A DNA stretch of 64,000 nt from Deltaproteobacteria bacterium UBA5758 (GCA_002418945.1 DIFC01000013.1:1-64000); one strand, 5' to 3'; shown: positions 9,143 to 18,694, counted from the stretch's first letter. Program-made: numbers and translations. The notes: a model not told the origin generated them from the sequence alone.

Positions 9143-10543
9143 TTACTCACTGTTGCGAACCTTGATATTCAGTTTTTTCATTTTTCGGACAATTGTGCTC
9201 TGGCTGATCTTCAAATTCTTTGCAGCCTTATGGGTGCTGCCGTACTTCTCTACGGCGTTCTTGATGATCTTGTACTCCATAAGGTTTACTATCTCGTTGT
9301 ATGTCCTGTCTCCTCCATCAAATATCAAGCTCTGCGTATCAACGATGTTCCGCAACTGAAACGGCAGTTCGTCTGCCTCCACGACGTCTCCCTTGCTGAT
9401 CAGGAATGCCTGTTCGACGATGTTCGACAATTCACGCACATTGCCGGGGTAAGAGTAGGACATGAGGGCCTGTATCGCCTCTGAGCTGAAATGCCTTTTC
9501 ATTCCGTATCGCTCATTCATTCGCTGAGTGAAATGCTGGACCAGCGGTATCACGTCCTCTGTTCGCTCCCTTAAGGGAGGAATAAGGATCGATATGGTGT
9601 TGATGCGGAAAAAAAGATCCTGCCTGAACTTTTTGTTCTCGATAAGGACGTCGATATCCTGATTCGTGGCTGCTATGATCCTTACGTTGAGCTTGATCGT
9701 CTTGGTAGATCCCAGCCGGTTCATCTCCTTCTCTTCGATAACGCGGAGCAGCTTGGCCTGCAGCCTCAGGCTCATGTCGCCTATCTCGTCGAGAAAGACC
9801 GTCCCTTTATCTGCAACCTCGAGGAGCCCTTTCTTGCCTTTTACACTGGCCCCCGAAAAGGCCCCCGGCTCGTATCCGAAGAGTTCACTCTCGAAAAGGT
9901 CCTCCGGTATCCCCGCGCAGTTGATAACGATGAACGGGTTGTCCTTCCTGCCGCTTGACTCGTGTATCAATTTCGCCATAAGCCCTTTGCCGGCGCCCGA
10001 TTCACCGGTTATTAGTATATTTGAATCGAACTGCGATGCCTTTATCGCCGTTTCGAGGATCTCTATCATCTTTTTGCTTTTTGTAGCGAACTTCGTCTGC
10101 TGCTGCTGAAGCCTCTTTATCTTATCGAGCTCCGCTAGGTAACGGTTCGCCTCCAGAGTAGCCTCATGGAGCCTGTCTTTGAGCTCAATAAGCTCGGTGA
10201 TGTCTCTGACATTCGTTACGACAAGCTTGATCACCATCTTCGCCATATTAAAGACCGGCGTTCCCGTAACGAGGAGCTTTTTTCCGCTCCTTAACTCCTG
10301 CATGATAGTCACCGGAGAACGCTTTTCTATAACCTCAAGGCTTACCGACCGGTCGATTACGCCGGAGGAAACGAGCTCCCGCATGTTCTTGCCGAGCACC
10401 TCTTCCCGCTTTATGCCTGTTATCCTTTCATACGCCTTGTTTATCATCAGCGTGTTTGCATCTCCGTCGGTGATATAAAGCCCGTCATATGCGTTCTCTA
10501 TTATCGCTTCAAGGTCCTTCAAGGAATGTTTGTGTTCGTCCAA
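9143..10543 (-). CDS. Sigma54-dependent transcriptional activator (PAS + AAA+ + HTH)
   Basis: N-terminal PAS, GESGAGKG, ESELFGY, GAFSGA, FLDEIG, RQDLFFRI, YPGNVREL, C-terminal HTH; TTG start with RBS AGGGAGG. Confidence 0.92.
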   Translation of the reverse strand: MDEHKHSLKDLEAIIENAYDGLYITDGDANTLMINKAYERITGIKREEVLGKNMRELVSSGVIDRSVSLEVIEKRSPVTIMQELRSGKKLLVTGTPVFNMAKMVIKLVVTNVRDITELIELKDRLHEATLEANRYLAELDKIKRLQQQQTKFATKSKKMIEILETAIKASQFDSNILITGESGAGKGLMAKLIHESSGRKDNPFIVINCAGIPEDLFESELFGYEPGAFSGASVKGKKGLLEVADKGTVFLDEIGDMSLRLQAKLLRVIEEKEMNRLGSTKTIKLNVRIIAATNQDIDVLIENKKFRQDLFFRINTISILIPPLRERTEDVIPLVQHFTQRMNERYGMKRHFSSEAIQALMSYSYPGNVRELSNIVEQAFLISKGDVVEADELPFQLRNIVDTQSLIFDGGDRTYNEIVNLMEYKIIKNAVEKYGSTHKAAKNLKISQSTIVRKMKKLNIKVRNSE

Positions 10544-10679
10544 TGCGTTGCAGTAACCTCCCTTTTTGCTCTACAATACAGGAAATACCGTTTTTTATCA
10601 ACGCAAATCGGCATTTCAGGATGTTGACTTTACGATTCCGGACATAGTATCGTTTGTAATAAATTATGGGGGTTTAACT

Positions 10680-11795
10680 ATGGCAAGCAAGAACGTCATC
10701 TTTTTAGAAGTCATCGAGTGGTTTGACGACAGAGGTAACGAGATAGCTCACAGGATCCCCGAGGACGGCTCCGGCGAGATCAAGTACGGCGCTCAACTGA
10801 TAGTCCGGGAGAGCCAGTCTGCGGTCTTCTTCTATCAGGGTAAGGCCTATGACGCCGTCGGCGCAGGCAGACACACGCTGACAACCCTTAACATCCCTAT
10901 CATCACAAAGATATTAAGCCTGCCCTGGGGCTTTACGAGCCCCCTCAGGGCGGAGGTCTATTTCACCAATATGAAGGTCTTTCCGAACCTTGCGTGGGGG
11001 ACAAGGGACCCCGTGGCGTTCAAGGATTCCCGCCTCGGGCTTATCAGGCTCAGGGCCTTCGGCGTCTTCAACATACAGGTCGTCCAGCCGACCCTTTTCG
11101 TGAACACGATCGTCGGGACAAAAAGCACCTATACAGTTTCCGATATAGAGGAGTATCTCGGAAGTGTAATCGTCTCCCGCTTTAATGACTATCTCGGGGA
11201 AAAGCTCGATACAATATTCAACCTCCCCGGCCAATACGATGCCATATCAGACGGCATGAGGAAGGTCCTTGAAGAAGACTTTTCCCGCTTCGGGCTCATG
11301 CTTTCCAGCCTCTATATCAACTCCATCACGCCGCCCCTTGAGGTTCAAAAGGCGATCGACGACAAAAGCAGGCTGGGGGTCTTTGATGATCTAAATAAGC
11401 TTTTGCAGATGAAGGCCGCCATGGCTTTCGAAGGTGCTGCGCAAAACCCGGGCGGAGCGGGCGCAGGCCTTGGCATGGGCCTCGGCTTTATGATGCCCTC
11501 CATGTTCGCCGAATCTCTCAAGAGACAGGGCGTGGCGGTCCGTGATTCATTAAAATGTCCCGACTGCGGAAACCCGATCAATGAAGATGCCAGGTTCTGC
11601 CCTTCCTGCGGGCATCAGCTGCTTGTATATCAGCAGTGCGGAAAATGCGGCAAAAACCTTCCTCCCCACGCGAAGTTCTGCCCTTCCTGCGGACAGCAGG
11701 CTTCGCAAAAACCGCTTCCCGTTAAATGTCCCCACTGCGGCTCCGAGAACCTTGCCGGTTCGATCTATTGCAACCAATGCGGGGAGAAGATATAA
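10680..11795 (+). CDS. SPFH/Band 7-like domain protein with C-terminal zinc ribbons
   Basis: QLIVRESQSAVF, WGTRDP, RLRAFG, GAGLGMGLG linker, six CxxC pairs; start set to MASKN. Confidence 0.8.
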   Translation: MASKNVIFLEVIEWFDDRGNEIAHRIPEDGSGEIKYGAQLIVRESQSAVFFYQGKAYDAVGAGRHTLTTLNIPIITKILSLPWGFTSPLRAEVYFTNMKVFPNLAWGTRDPVAFKDSRLGLIRLRAFGVFNIQVVQPTLFVNTIVGTKSTYTVSDIEEYLGSVIVSRFNDYLGEKLDTIFNLPGQYDAISDGMRKVLEEDFSRFGLMLSSLYINSITPPLEVQKAIDDKSRLGVFDDLNKLLQMKAAMAFEGAAQNPGGAGAGLGMGLGFMMPSMFAESLKRQGVAVRDSLKCPDCGNPINEDARFCPSCGHQLLVYQQCGKCGKNLPPHAKFCPSCGQQASQKPLPVKCPHCGSENLAGSIYCNQCGEKI

Positions 11796-11797
11796 AA

Positions 11798-11920
11798 GCA
11801 GCTTATGGCTGACGGCTCATGGCTCATAGCAAGAAAAATCAGGTTAAGGCTAAGGTTGAGGTTAAGGAAAAACAGTATTTGCTCAACCTTAGCCTTAACC
11901 TTAGCCTGCTTTTTACTAAC
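11798..11920. repeat. Nested heptamer/hexamer inverted-repeat element
   Basis: ggttaa/ggctaa/ggttga run mirrored by tcaacc/ttagcc/ttaacc; homologous reverse copy at 28486-28603. Confidence 0.75.
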
Positions 11921-11931
11921 CGGGTTTATCG

Positions 11932-13224
11932 TTGAAGATCGAGCATGAATGCCCTCAGTGCGGCGCCCCTGTTGTCCTTGAGGAAACGGACAGGCTTTTA
12001 TCATGCAATTTCTGCCGCACTAAACTCTCCATCCAGACAAGGGATTTCTTCCGGTATTATTTTCCTCCGGCAGAAAATATAAAGGAAGACATCTTTTTTG
12101 TTCCTTACTGGCGTTTTCGCGGCATGCACTTTTGCTGCATAACCGACCGGATCAAGCATGGCCTGCTCGATAAGACGATCCCGGCAGTGGAAAGTCGATC
12201 CCTACAGCCTTCGTTGGGCCTGCGCCCACAGACACTGAAACCGCGGTTTGTCCAGCCGACAGACAAAAGGGTGTTCCTTGAACCACGGCTGTCATTCAAA
12301 GAATCGTATATATTGACGGAACAGAAGGTATCCTTTGAGCAGGTTCCCGTCCGTAAAGACCTCACCCTTTTTGAATCCTTCGATATCCCTATCACCGAAA
12401 CGGTAATTAAACAGGACGTCCTCTTTTATGAATCCTTTATCGCTGAAACGTTGAGCCTCCTGTACGCCCCTGTATATATGCGGGACGGCATAATCTATGA
12501 CGCCATCTTAAAGGAACCTGCGTCGGATCACCCCTACGACGGCACTCTCGACCTGCAGGTCGCGGGAAAAAACCTTACAGCCCTGTTCCTCCCCACGATC
12601 TGCCCGAACTGCGGCCGGGATATGGTTGCAGAACGGGACAGCTGCATTCTGGCCTGTCCCCATTGCAGCTCTCTTTGGGCAACAAGCCCGGAAGGCTTCA
12701 CAACAACACATTTTGCCGTTATGAGGGCGGCAAAAAGCAGCGCAGACCTCGTGTACCTGCCTTTCTGGAGGATGAAGATGAGCGTCCGCGGGGTCGACCT
12801 CAAATCATATGCCGACCTTGTCCGGTTTGCCAATCTCCCGAAGTCAATCCGAAAGGAATGGGAGGAATCTGCATTGTATTTCTGGGCGCCTGCATTTAAA
12901 GTACCTCCGCCAACGTTTCTCATGCTTTCAAAGCAGCTTACCTTGCTACAGCCCGATAAGAATATCGACGATAACCTGACGGGAATACGCGTATATCCTG
13001 TCAACCTGCCGGGAACGGAGGCCATCGAGAGCGTAAAAATAACCATTGCCGATATGTGCGCGAGAAAAAAGATCTTTTTCCCTCAACTGGACAGCACCGG
13101 CGCTGAGCGCATCGAATGCCTGCTCGTCTACTATCCTTTTATTGATACAAAGAACGAATTTATTCAACAAGACCTCCGGCTGGGGATACAGAAGAATGCG
13201 CTGAAGATGGGGCAGAGGATATAA
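11932..13224 (+). CDS. Hypothetical protein with two zinc-ribbon modules
   Basis: CPQC..CNFC followed by VPYWRF, then CPNC..CPHC followed by LPFWRM (internal duplication); TTG start. Confidence 0.75.
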   Translation: MKIEHECPQCGAPVVLEETDRLLSCNFCRTKLSIQTRDFFRYYFPPAENIKEDIFFVPYWRFRGMHFCCITDRIKHGLLDKTIPAVESRSLQPSLGLRPQTLKPRFVQPTDKRVFLEPRLSFKESYILTEQKVSFEQVPVRKDLTLFESFDIPITETVIKQDVLFYESFIAETLSLLYAPVYMRDGIIYDAILKEPASDHPYDGTLDLQVAGKNLTALFLPTICPNCGRDMVAERDSCILACPHCSSLWATSPEGFTTTHFAVMRAAKSSADLVYLPFWRMKMSVRGVDLKSYADLVRFANLPKSIRKEWEESALYFWAPAFKVPPPTFLMLSKQLTLLQPDKNIDDNLTGIRVYPVNLPGTEAIESVKITIADMCARKKIFFPQLDSTGAERIECLLVYYPFIDTKNEFIQQDLRLGIQKNALKMGQRI

Positions 13225-13228
13225 AAAC

Positions 13229-13372
13229 CAGCTTACGGTTATCAGTCCACAGCAAAATCTGTTCAATGTTCAAGGTTCTATGTTCAACGTTAAGACCAAA
13301 CAGACCAGATAAACTAAATGACCGGATAGACCGTGCCCATTGCTGACTGCTGATAGCTAGCTGACTGCTGCT
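13229..13372. repeat. Mosaic of short periodic repeats
   Basis: cagc-type arms enclosing gttcaat/gttcaag/gttctat/gttcaac heptamers and agaccaaac/agaccagat nonamers. Confidence 0.65.
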
Positions 13373-13386
13373 ATTTAATCTTCCGC

Positions 13387-13414
13387 TTGACTAATCCTGT
13401 ATTCGCACTATAAT
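13387..13414 (+). promoter_or_regulatory. Sigma70-type promoter
   Basis: TTGACT-N16-TATAAT upstream of the orphan ORF. Confidence 0.6.
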
Positions 13415-13466
13415 GAAAAATATAGAGCGAACTACAGGCTGCCCACAGAATGAAAAGGGGGTTATC

Positions 13467-13748
13467 ATGGCAGTAAAAAGACAAAAGAATGCTCCAAGTG
13501 CAAAAAGGTCGCCGGCAAAAAATAGTAAAGCCAGGAATTTTGACGCTGCATTAGCGGCTTTTGCGCTGCTGGCTATGGAACGAGTCCGCAATGCAAAGGA
13601 CCCGTTCGCAACAGGGGTAAAGGTCGCTGAGCAGATACGGAAGATAGCGGAGCAGGTGGAATACGAGGTGCGCGCCGAATCCATGGCTCTTACAGAGGCC
13701 GGGTACCTCTCCAGTGATGCCGTTGGCGTTGGGGTCGGTGTTTTTTAG
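13467..13748 (+). CDS. Small orphan protein (93 aa)
   Basis: RBS AAAGGGGG before ATG, own promoter; basic N-terminus, helical core, ends AVGVGVGVF. Confidence 0.55.
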   Translation: MAVKRQKNAPSAKRSPAKNSKARNFDAALAAFALLAMERVRNAKDPFATGVKVAEQIRKIAEQVEYEVRAESMALTEAGYLSSDAVGVGVGVF

Positions 13749-13839
13749 ACCGAACAGCTAACCGACAGAACGATAGGCTTGACAATCACTGTATTGCGGG
13801 ACTATTCACGCTGACCGATACCAATGAATGGACCAGCAA

Positions 13840-13876
13840 CCCCCTCTCCCTGACCCTCTCCCGCCAGGGGAGAGGG
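13840..13876. repeat. REP-like hairpin (CCCTCTCCC-loop-GGGGAGAGGG family)
   Basis: Same family as the units at 22650-23032 and 56968-57048. Confidence 0.8.
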
Positions 13877-13960
13877 AATAATGTTACCCCGAAGAAGGGC
13901 TTCGGGAAATCTATTAAGGGAATAATGTTACCCCGAAGAAGGGCTTCGGGAAATCTATTA
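13873..13960. repeat. Perfect 44-bp tandem duplication containing a hairpin and the ychF stop codon
   Basis: agggaataatgttaccccgaagaagggcttcgggaaatctatta at 13873-13916 and 13917-13960. Confidence 0.9.
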
Positions 13961-15043
13961 GTTGAAGCGTATGTGAAGTATATCCCCGTCCTTCACGATA
14001 TAATCGCGGCCCTCAAGTCTCAGCAATCCCTTTTCTTTCGCCGTATGCTCCGAACCGCACCGGATGAAATCGTCAATATTGATCACGTCGGCTTTTATAA
14101 AACCCTTTTCCATGTCTGTATGGATCTTTCCGGCCGCCTTAACGCATGTGGTATTCGCCGGGACCGTCCACGCTCTCATCTCCTTACCGACAACCGTATA
14201 AAACGTGATGAGTTCCAGCGTCTCATAGCCGACCCTGATAACCTTCCCAATGGACATTTTTTCCATGTTGTAAAGCTCCATATAGGAGCCCTTCTCTTCG
14301 TCAGGCAGCGCAGAAAGGTCTTCCTCAAGCTTGCCGCAGATATATACGACCCTTCTTCTGTCTCTTTTCGCAAGCCCTTCTACTGCAGGGAGTGGGAGAT
14401 TACTCCATGCATCTTCGTCAACATTGGCTATGTAGAAAACAGGCTTTGTCGCGATAAGGTTAAATGACCGGATTAAAGGCCTTTCATTTTCGTCGTACCG
14501 TTTCATATCGACAAAGGCCCCTCTCTCGAGGGCTTCCTTTACCTTAAGGAGCAGATCGTGCTCTGCTTCCCCTTTCTCTTTCGAAACCTTTGCAAGCCTT
14601 TCGACCTTTTTCAGCCTTTCTTCGACGATCTCAAGGTCTGAGATCAGGATCTCCGTCTCAACAATCTCAACATCCCTTTCAGGATCTATGTTACTATATA
14701 CATGAGGAATGTTCTCCGCTGCGAAACACCTGACCACGTGGGCTATCGCGTCAACATTCCTGATATGGGAAAGAAATTTGTTGCCAAGGCCTTCACCTTT
14801 GTGGGCGTCTTTTATAAGACCCGCAATATCGACAAATTCTATTGTCGTAGGGGTCACTTTTTCAGGTTTCAATATCTGCGCGAGCGCCGCCAAGCGTTCA
14901 TCCGGCACCGGGATGACACCAACGTTAGGATCAATTGTGCAAAACGGATAAGGGTGGCAGGGAACGGACAATGCGGTCAATGCATTGAATATCGTTGATT
15001 TGCCGGAGTTCGGCAATCCGATCATCCCGCAGGAAAAACTCAT
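13958..15043 (-). CDS. ychF: Redox-regulated ribosome-binding ATPase YchF
   Basis: GLPNSGKST, YPFCTIDPN, FVDIAGL, GEGLGNKFL, AAGKIHTD, EGRDYIVKDGD; follows pth. Confidence 0.95.
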   Translation of the reverse strand: MSFSCGMIGLPNSGKSTIFNALTALSVPCHPYPFCTIDPNVGVIPVPDERLAALAQILKPEKVTPTTIEFVDIAGLIKDAHKGEGLGNKFLSHIRNVDAIAHVVRCFAAENIPHVYSNIDPERDVEIVETEILISDLEIVEERLKKVERLAKVSKEKGEAEHDLLLKVKEALERGAFVDMKRYDENERPLIRSFNLIATKPVFYIANVDEDAWSNLPLPAVEGLAKRDRRRVVYICGKLEEDLSALPDEEKGSYMELYNMEKMSIGKVIRVGYETLELITFYTVVGKEMRAWTVPANTTCVKAAGKIHTDMEKGFIKADVINIDDFIRCGSEHTAKEKGLLRLEGRDYIVKDGDILHIRFN

Positions 15044-15055
15044 TAAGCAACCCCT

Positions 15056-15245
15056 TTCAGCCTATAGCTTTCAGCGTTCAGCAGCCAGCGATAAGCAAAT
15101 AACCAATGACCAAACATCAATCACCAATTAATACCCAATAACCAATAACCGAATACCCAAACGGGAAACAATACCGGGAGGCTTTTATTTGGTTATTGGA
15201 TACTGGTGGTTAATTGGAGCTTGGTTATTGGTGATTGGATATTCA
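15056..15245. repeat. Heptamer-periodic inverted-repeat element (accaata/tattggt)
   Basis: Runs of accaat(a/g/c) mirrored by ttggtta/ttggtga, preceded by cagc heptamers. Confidence 0.75.
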
Positions 15246-15280
15246 TATTCTGCTCTCCGCCCTTAGCTCCCGGCTCTCGG

Positions 15281-15829
15281 CTATCTTCTGTTATACATGC
15301 TCATCGCTTTTGACTTGCTGTCGAATATGAATATCCTTGCCGCTTCTATAGCGGTCTCTATCGTTTCGTTCATTATTTTCATTTCGTGGTCCCCGAAATG
15401 GGATAGCACATACTCTTCAGGCTCTACCCCGGGGTCTCTCCCGATTCCCAGCTTCAACCGGTAAAATTGAGAAGAGCCAAGGGTTTCTATCACTGACCTT
15501 ACCCCTTTATGTCCGCCATCGCTTCCGCCTAACCTTATCCTTATCCTCCCCAGTTCCATGTCAAGGTCGTCGTGGACCAACAGGAAATCTTCGACGGATA
15601 TGTCCATCTTCTTCATGAGGGAAAAGACCGGGCCGCCGGAGAGGTTCATGTATGTTAACGGTTTTGCAAGGATCAGGCTTTCTGAGTAGCCGATCCTGCA
15701 ACCGGATAACTTTTTGCTGAAGGGGACCTTCAATGCCTCGGAGAAGCGGTCTACAACAAGGTAACCGACATTATGCCTCGTACCTGCGTACTCAGAACCC
15801 TTGTTGCCAAGGCCGCACAAGAGAAACAC
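15281..15829 (-). CDS. pth: Peptidyl-tRNA hydrolase
   Basis: GLGNKG, TRHNVG, KPLTYMNLSG, HDDLD, GGHKG, RLKLGIGR. Confidence 0.95.
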   Translation of the reverse strand: MFLLCGLGNKGSEYAGTRHNVGYLVVDRFSEALKVPFSKKLSGCRIGYSESLILAKPLTYMNLSGGPVFSLMKKMDISVEDFLLVHDDLDMELGRIRIRLGGSDGGHKGVRSVIETLGSSQFYRLKLGIGRDPGVEPEEYVLSHFGDHEMKIMNETIETAIEAARIFIFDSKSKAMSMYNRR

Positions 15830-15837
15830 TGATACCC

Positions 15838-16485
15838 CTATTCTTCCTTTTCTTTTTCTTTCTCTTTCTTCTCGGGCTCCACGGCTGCAACCTCTTCCAC
15901 TGCAGCAGGTTTTTCTTCCACTGTCGGCGGTATGATCGTTATCACTGCAACACCTGTGTGCTCAAGCAGTTTAACGCCGGGGATGGATATCTGGCTTACG
16001 TGGTAAGAATCGCCTATGTCAAGATCTGTTATGTCTATCTCGATCTTTTCGGGTATCTGGGTAGGAAGGCACTCCACCTTAATCGATCTCAGGTGCTGCT
16101 CGACGATGCCATCGTTTGCTTCACCCTTTGAACGCCCGATAAGGTGGATGGGTATCTCCACCTCTACAGTTCTTTCCATCGATACCTGCAGGAAATCGAT
16201 ATGGAGGATCTCGTTCTTAAGAACACTCTTTTGAACATACTTTATCATAACCGGCCTTTCATCTGCCTTTTTCTTGAGGCCGTGCACCTCCATATTGAGG
16301 ATCACGTTTCTCTTTAACTGCTTCCCAAGCTTCTCCCAGTCTTTCGTAGACACCGAGATAGCGAGAGGGTCCACTTCCCTGCCGTATAGCACCGCAGGTA
16401 TCCTTCCTTCCTTCCTTAACCGCTTCGCTACGCTCTTTCCTTTCTCTGCCCTTATATCTGCTTTTATGAATATCTTTTCCATCAA
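15838..16485 (-). CDS. rplY: 50S ribosomal protein L25/Ctc
   Basis: RLRKEGRIPAVLYG, HIDF, acidic tail; lies between prs and pth. Confidence 0.95.
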   Translation of the reverse strand: MMEKIFIKADIRAEKGKSVAKRLRKEGRIPAVLYGREVDPLAISVSTKDWEKLGKQLKRNVILNMEVHGLKKKADERPVMIKYVQKSVLKNEILHIDFLQVSMERTVEVEIPIHLIGRSKGEANDGIVEQHLRSIKVECLPTQIPEKIEIDITDLDIGDSYHVSQISIPGVKLLEHTGVAVITIIPPTVEEKPAAVEEVAAVEPEKKEKEKEKEE

Positions 16486-16501
16486 AAACCTCCTCGCGTG
16501 C

Positions 16502-17440
16502 CTAAATAAATAGTGAACTTACCGATTCATAATTATGGATCCTTTTGATAGCCTCACCAAGGATCGGTGAAACATCGAGTATCTTGATCTTTTTTGATCT
16601 GCTGGCGCCCTCTGAAAGCGGTATCGTATTCGTCGCCACCATCTCTTTGAGGGGAGAGCTGTCGATCTTCTCCACGGCGCTCCCCGACAGCACGGGGTGA
16701 GAGCAGCAGGCGTAGACCTCCTTTGCGCCGTTTCCCATGATCGCATCGGCAGCCTTGACGATCGTTCCGCCTGTGTCGATCATATCATCGAGAAGTATCG
16801 CAACCTTGTTCTTTACATTGCCTATGACATGCATGACCTTCGCGACGTTTGCCTTTTCTCTCCGCTTGTCTATGATCGCAATGGATGCGTTCAGGCGCTT
16901 GCCCAATTCTCTCGCCCTCTCCACGCCTCCGGCATCAGGCGACACGACAACGATCTCGCCTTTGATCTTTTTGAGGTAGGCAAACTGCACCGGCAACGCG
17001 TAAAGATGGTCCACGGGTATATCGAAAAAACCCTGTATCTGTCCCGCGTGAAGATCCATCGCCAGTATCCTTGATGCGCCCGCCACTGTGATCAGGTTCG
17101 CCACAAGCCTTGCCGATATCGATGTCCTTGGCACGACCTTTCTGTCCTGTCGCGCATAGCCGTAATACGGGATAACAACCGTTATCCTGTCAGCAGATGC
17201 CCTCTTCAGGGCATCGAGCATAACGAGAAGCTCCATCAGATTCTGGTTGACGGGCGGACATGTCGGCTGGACAACAAACGTATCCATTCCTCTGACGCTT
17301 TCGTCGATCTCCACCTGTATCTCACCATCACTGAAATGACTGACCCTTGCCTTTCCCAGCCCCACACCGAGAAACTTGCATATCTTTTGCGCAAGCTCTG
17401 GATTCGCATTGCCCGTAAATATCCGTAACCTGTCCAACAA
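16502..17440 (-). CDS. prs: Ribose-phosphate pyrophosphokinase
   Basis: [43 protein letters not shown]. Confidence 0.97.
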   Translation of the reverse strand: MLDRLRIFTGNANPELAQKICKFLGVGLGKARVSHFSDGEIQVEIDESVRGMDTFVVQPTCPPVNQNLMELLVMLDALKRASADRITVVIPYYGYARQDRKVVPRTSISARLVANLITVAGASRILAMDLHAGQIQGFFDIPVDHLYALPVQFAYLKKIKGEIVVVSPDAGGVERARELGKRLNASIAIIDKRREKANVAKVMHVIGNVKNKVAILLDDMIDTGGTIVKAADAIMGNGAKEVYACCSHPVLSGSAVEKIDSSPLKEMVATNTIPLSEGASRSKKIKILDVSPILGEAIKRIHNYESVSSLFI

Positions 17441-17460
17441 AGTCCTCCTTTAAAAAAATT

Positions 17461-17532
17461 CTGGGGCGGGAGGATTCGAACCTCCGAATGCAGGCTCCAA
17501 AGGCCTGTGTCTTACCGCTTGACGACACCCCA
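17461..17532 (-). tRNA. tRNA-Gln (TTG)
   Basis: TGGGGTG acceptor, anticodon arm CAGGC-CTTTGGA-GCCTG, T-loop GGTTCGAATCC; CCA not encoded; usual position upstream of prs. Confidence 0.95.
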
Positions 17533-17541
17533 ATATAATAT

Positions 17542-17811
17542 TTATTGAGATGGCTGCTTGTTTGCTTCTTTTTCGTAGGCTTCCAGCACGCTCGATTCTA
17601 TTTTCTGCCTTGTGGCATTATTCAGGGGGTGCACGGTGTCCCTGTACGATCCGTCCTTCATCTTCTTGCTCGGCATAGCTACGAAAAGCTTACTATCGCC
17701 GTGAATGACCTTCAGGTCCCTAACGATAAAACAGTCATCGAAAACGATTGATGCATAGGCCTTTACACGTTTTTCGTTTACCGGGAATATTTTGACGTCA
17801 GTAATTTCCAT
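17542..17811 (-). CDS. spoVG: SpoVG family nucleic-acid-binding protein
   Basis: MEITDVKI, KAYASIVFDDCF, LFVAMPSKK, DTVHPLN. Confidence 0.93.
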   Translation of the reverse strand: MEITDVKIFPVNEKRVKAYASIVFDDCFIVRDLKVIHGDSKLFVAMPSKKMKDGSYRDTVHPLNNATRQKIESSVLEAYEKEANKQPSQ

Positions 17812-17824
17812 ATACCCATCCCTC

Positions 17825-18661
17825 CTATAAACTGTGCGCTAAAAAAACCTTTCCCAGGCCTTTCGCATGGGCCAATGCCTTTTCTGCATCATTTTCGCTT
17901 TTAAAAATACCAAACACAGATGAACCGCTACCACTCATCAGGGAACCGACGGCCCCGCTTTGTTTTAATGCCGTTTTTATGGTCTCAATTTGTGGGCACA
18001 TTATGGTTCCGACTCTTTCCAGGTCATTCTCTAAGATACTCGCTATGTCATATAAGGTCTTGAATTTTCCCAACAATTTAATATCATTTTCTGAATTTGT
18101 CAACACGATTTTTAGGCGCTTATAGACCTCTTTCGTGGGCATTTCTACACCAGGATAGACAACAAGGTACCACATGCGGGGGAGCTCGATGGGGGCGATT
18201 AGCTCGCCTATACCGCGCATCACGCAGGGTCTGCCGTACAGAAAAAGGGGGACGTCGGCACCTATTGTCTTGCCGAGATCGAAAAGCTCGTCTTCCCTGA
18301 CATCAATGCCCCATATCCGGACAAGCTCCCTGAGCACCGTCGCAGCGTTGCTGCTCGGACCCCCGAGACCGCTTCCGATGGGTATGTTCTTTTCAACAAA
18401 AACCTCTACCCCTTGTCTGATCCGGTAGCGTTTCCGGAGAAGTTCAACGGCTCTGAATATGGTATTGCCCCTGCCCTGCGGCAGGACCCCTTTATCGTCC
18501 TTTACGGCTATCCCGCGGCCTTTGGTCTCTTTTATGTTAATTACGTCATATATGGATACGGGGTCGACGACGCTCTCGATGTTATGGTAGCCGTCCGGTC
18601 TTTTTGAAAGGACTTTCAGGTAAAGGTTGACCTTTGCAGGAGATAAAACCGTGCGTTCCAT
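17825..18661 (-). CDS. ispE: 4-diphosphocytidyl-2-C-methyl-D-erythritol kinase
   Basis: PAKVNLYL, KNIPIGSGLGGPSSNAA, GADVP, NDLE, MSGSGS. Confidence 0.95.
   Translation of the reverse strand: MERTVLSPAKVNLYLKVLSKRPDGYHNIESVVDPVSIYDVINIKETKGRGIAVKDDKGVLPQGRGNTIFRAVELLRKRYRIRQGVEVFVEKNIPIGSGLGGPSSNAATVLRELVRIWGIDVREDELFDLGKTIGADVPLFLYGRPCVMRGIGELIAPIELPRMWYLVVYPGVEMPTKEVYKRLKIVLTNSENDIKLLGKFKTLYDIASILENDLERVGTIMCPQIETIKTALKQSGAVGSLMSGSGSSVFGIFKSENDAEKALAHAKGLGKVFLAHSL
18075..18103 (-). promoter_or_regulatory. Putative internal sigma70 promoter inside ispE
   Basis: TTGACA-N17-TAAATT in an AT-rich patch, facing spoVG/tRNA/prs. Confidence 0.5.
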
Positions 18662-18694
18662 CAGGCGTCAGGCAAAAACCTTTCTGTTTGGCTA

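Noticed and set aside
17542..17811. Sporulation capacity from spoVG
   Set aside because: SpoVG occurs in non-sporulating bacteria in this ispE-prs context; TonB/ExbBD indicate a diderm cell
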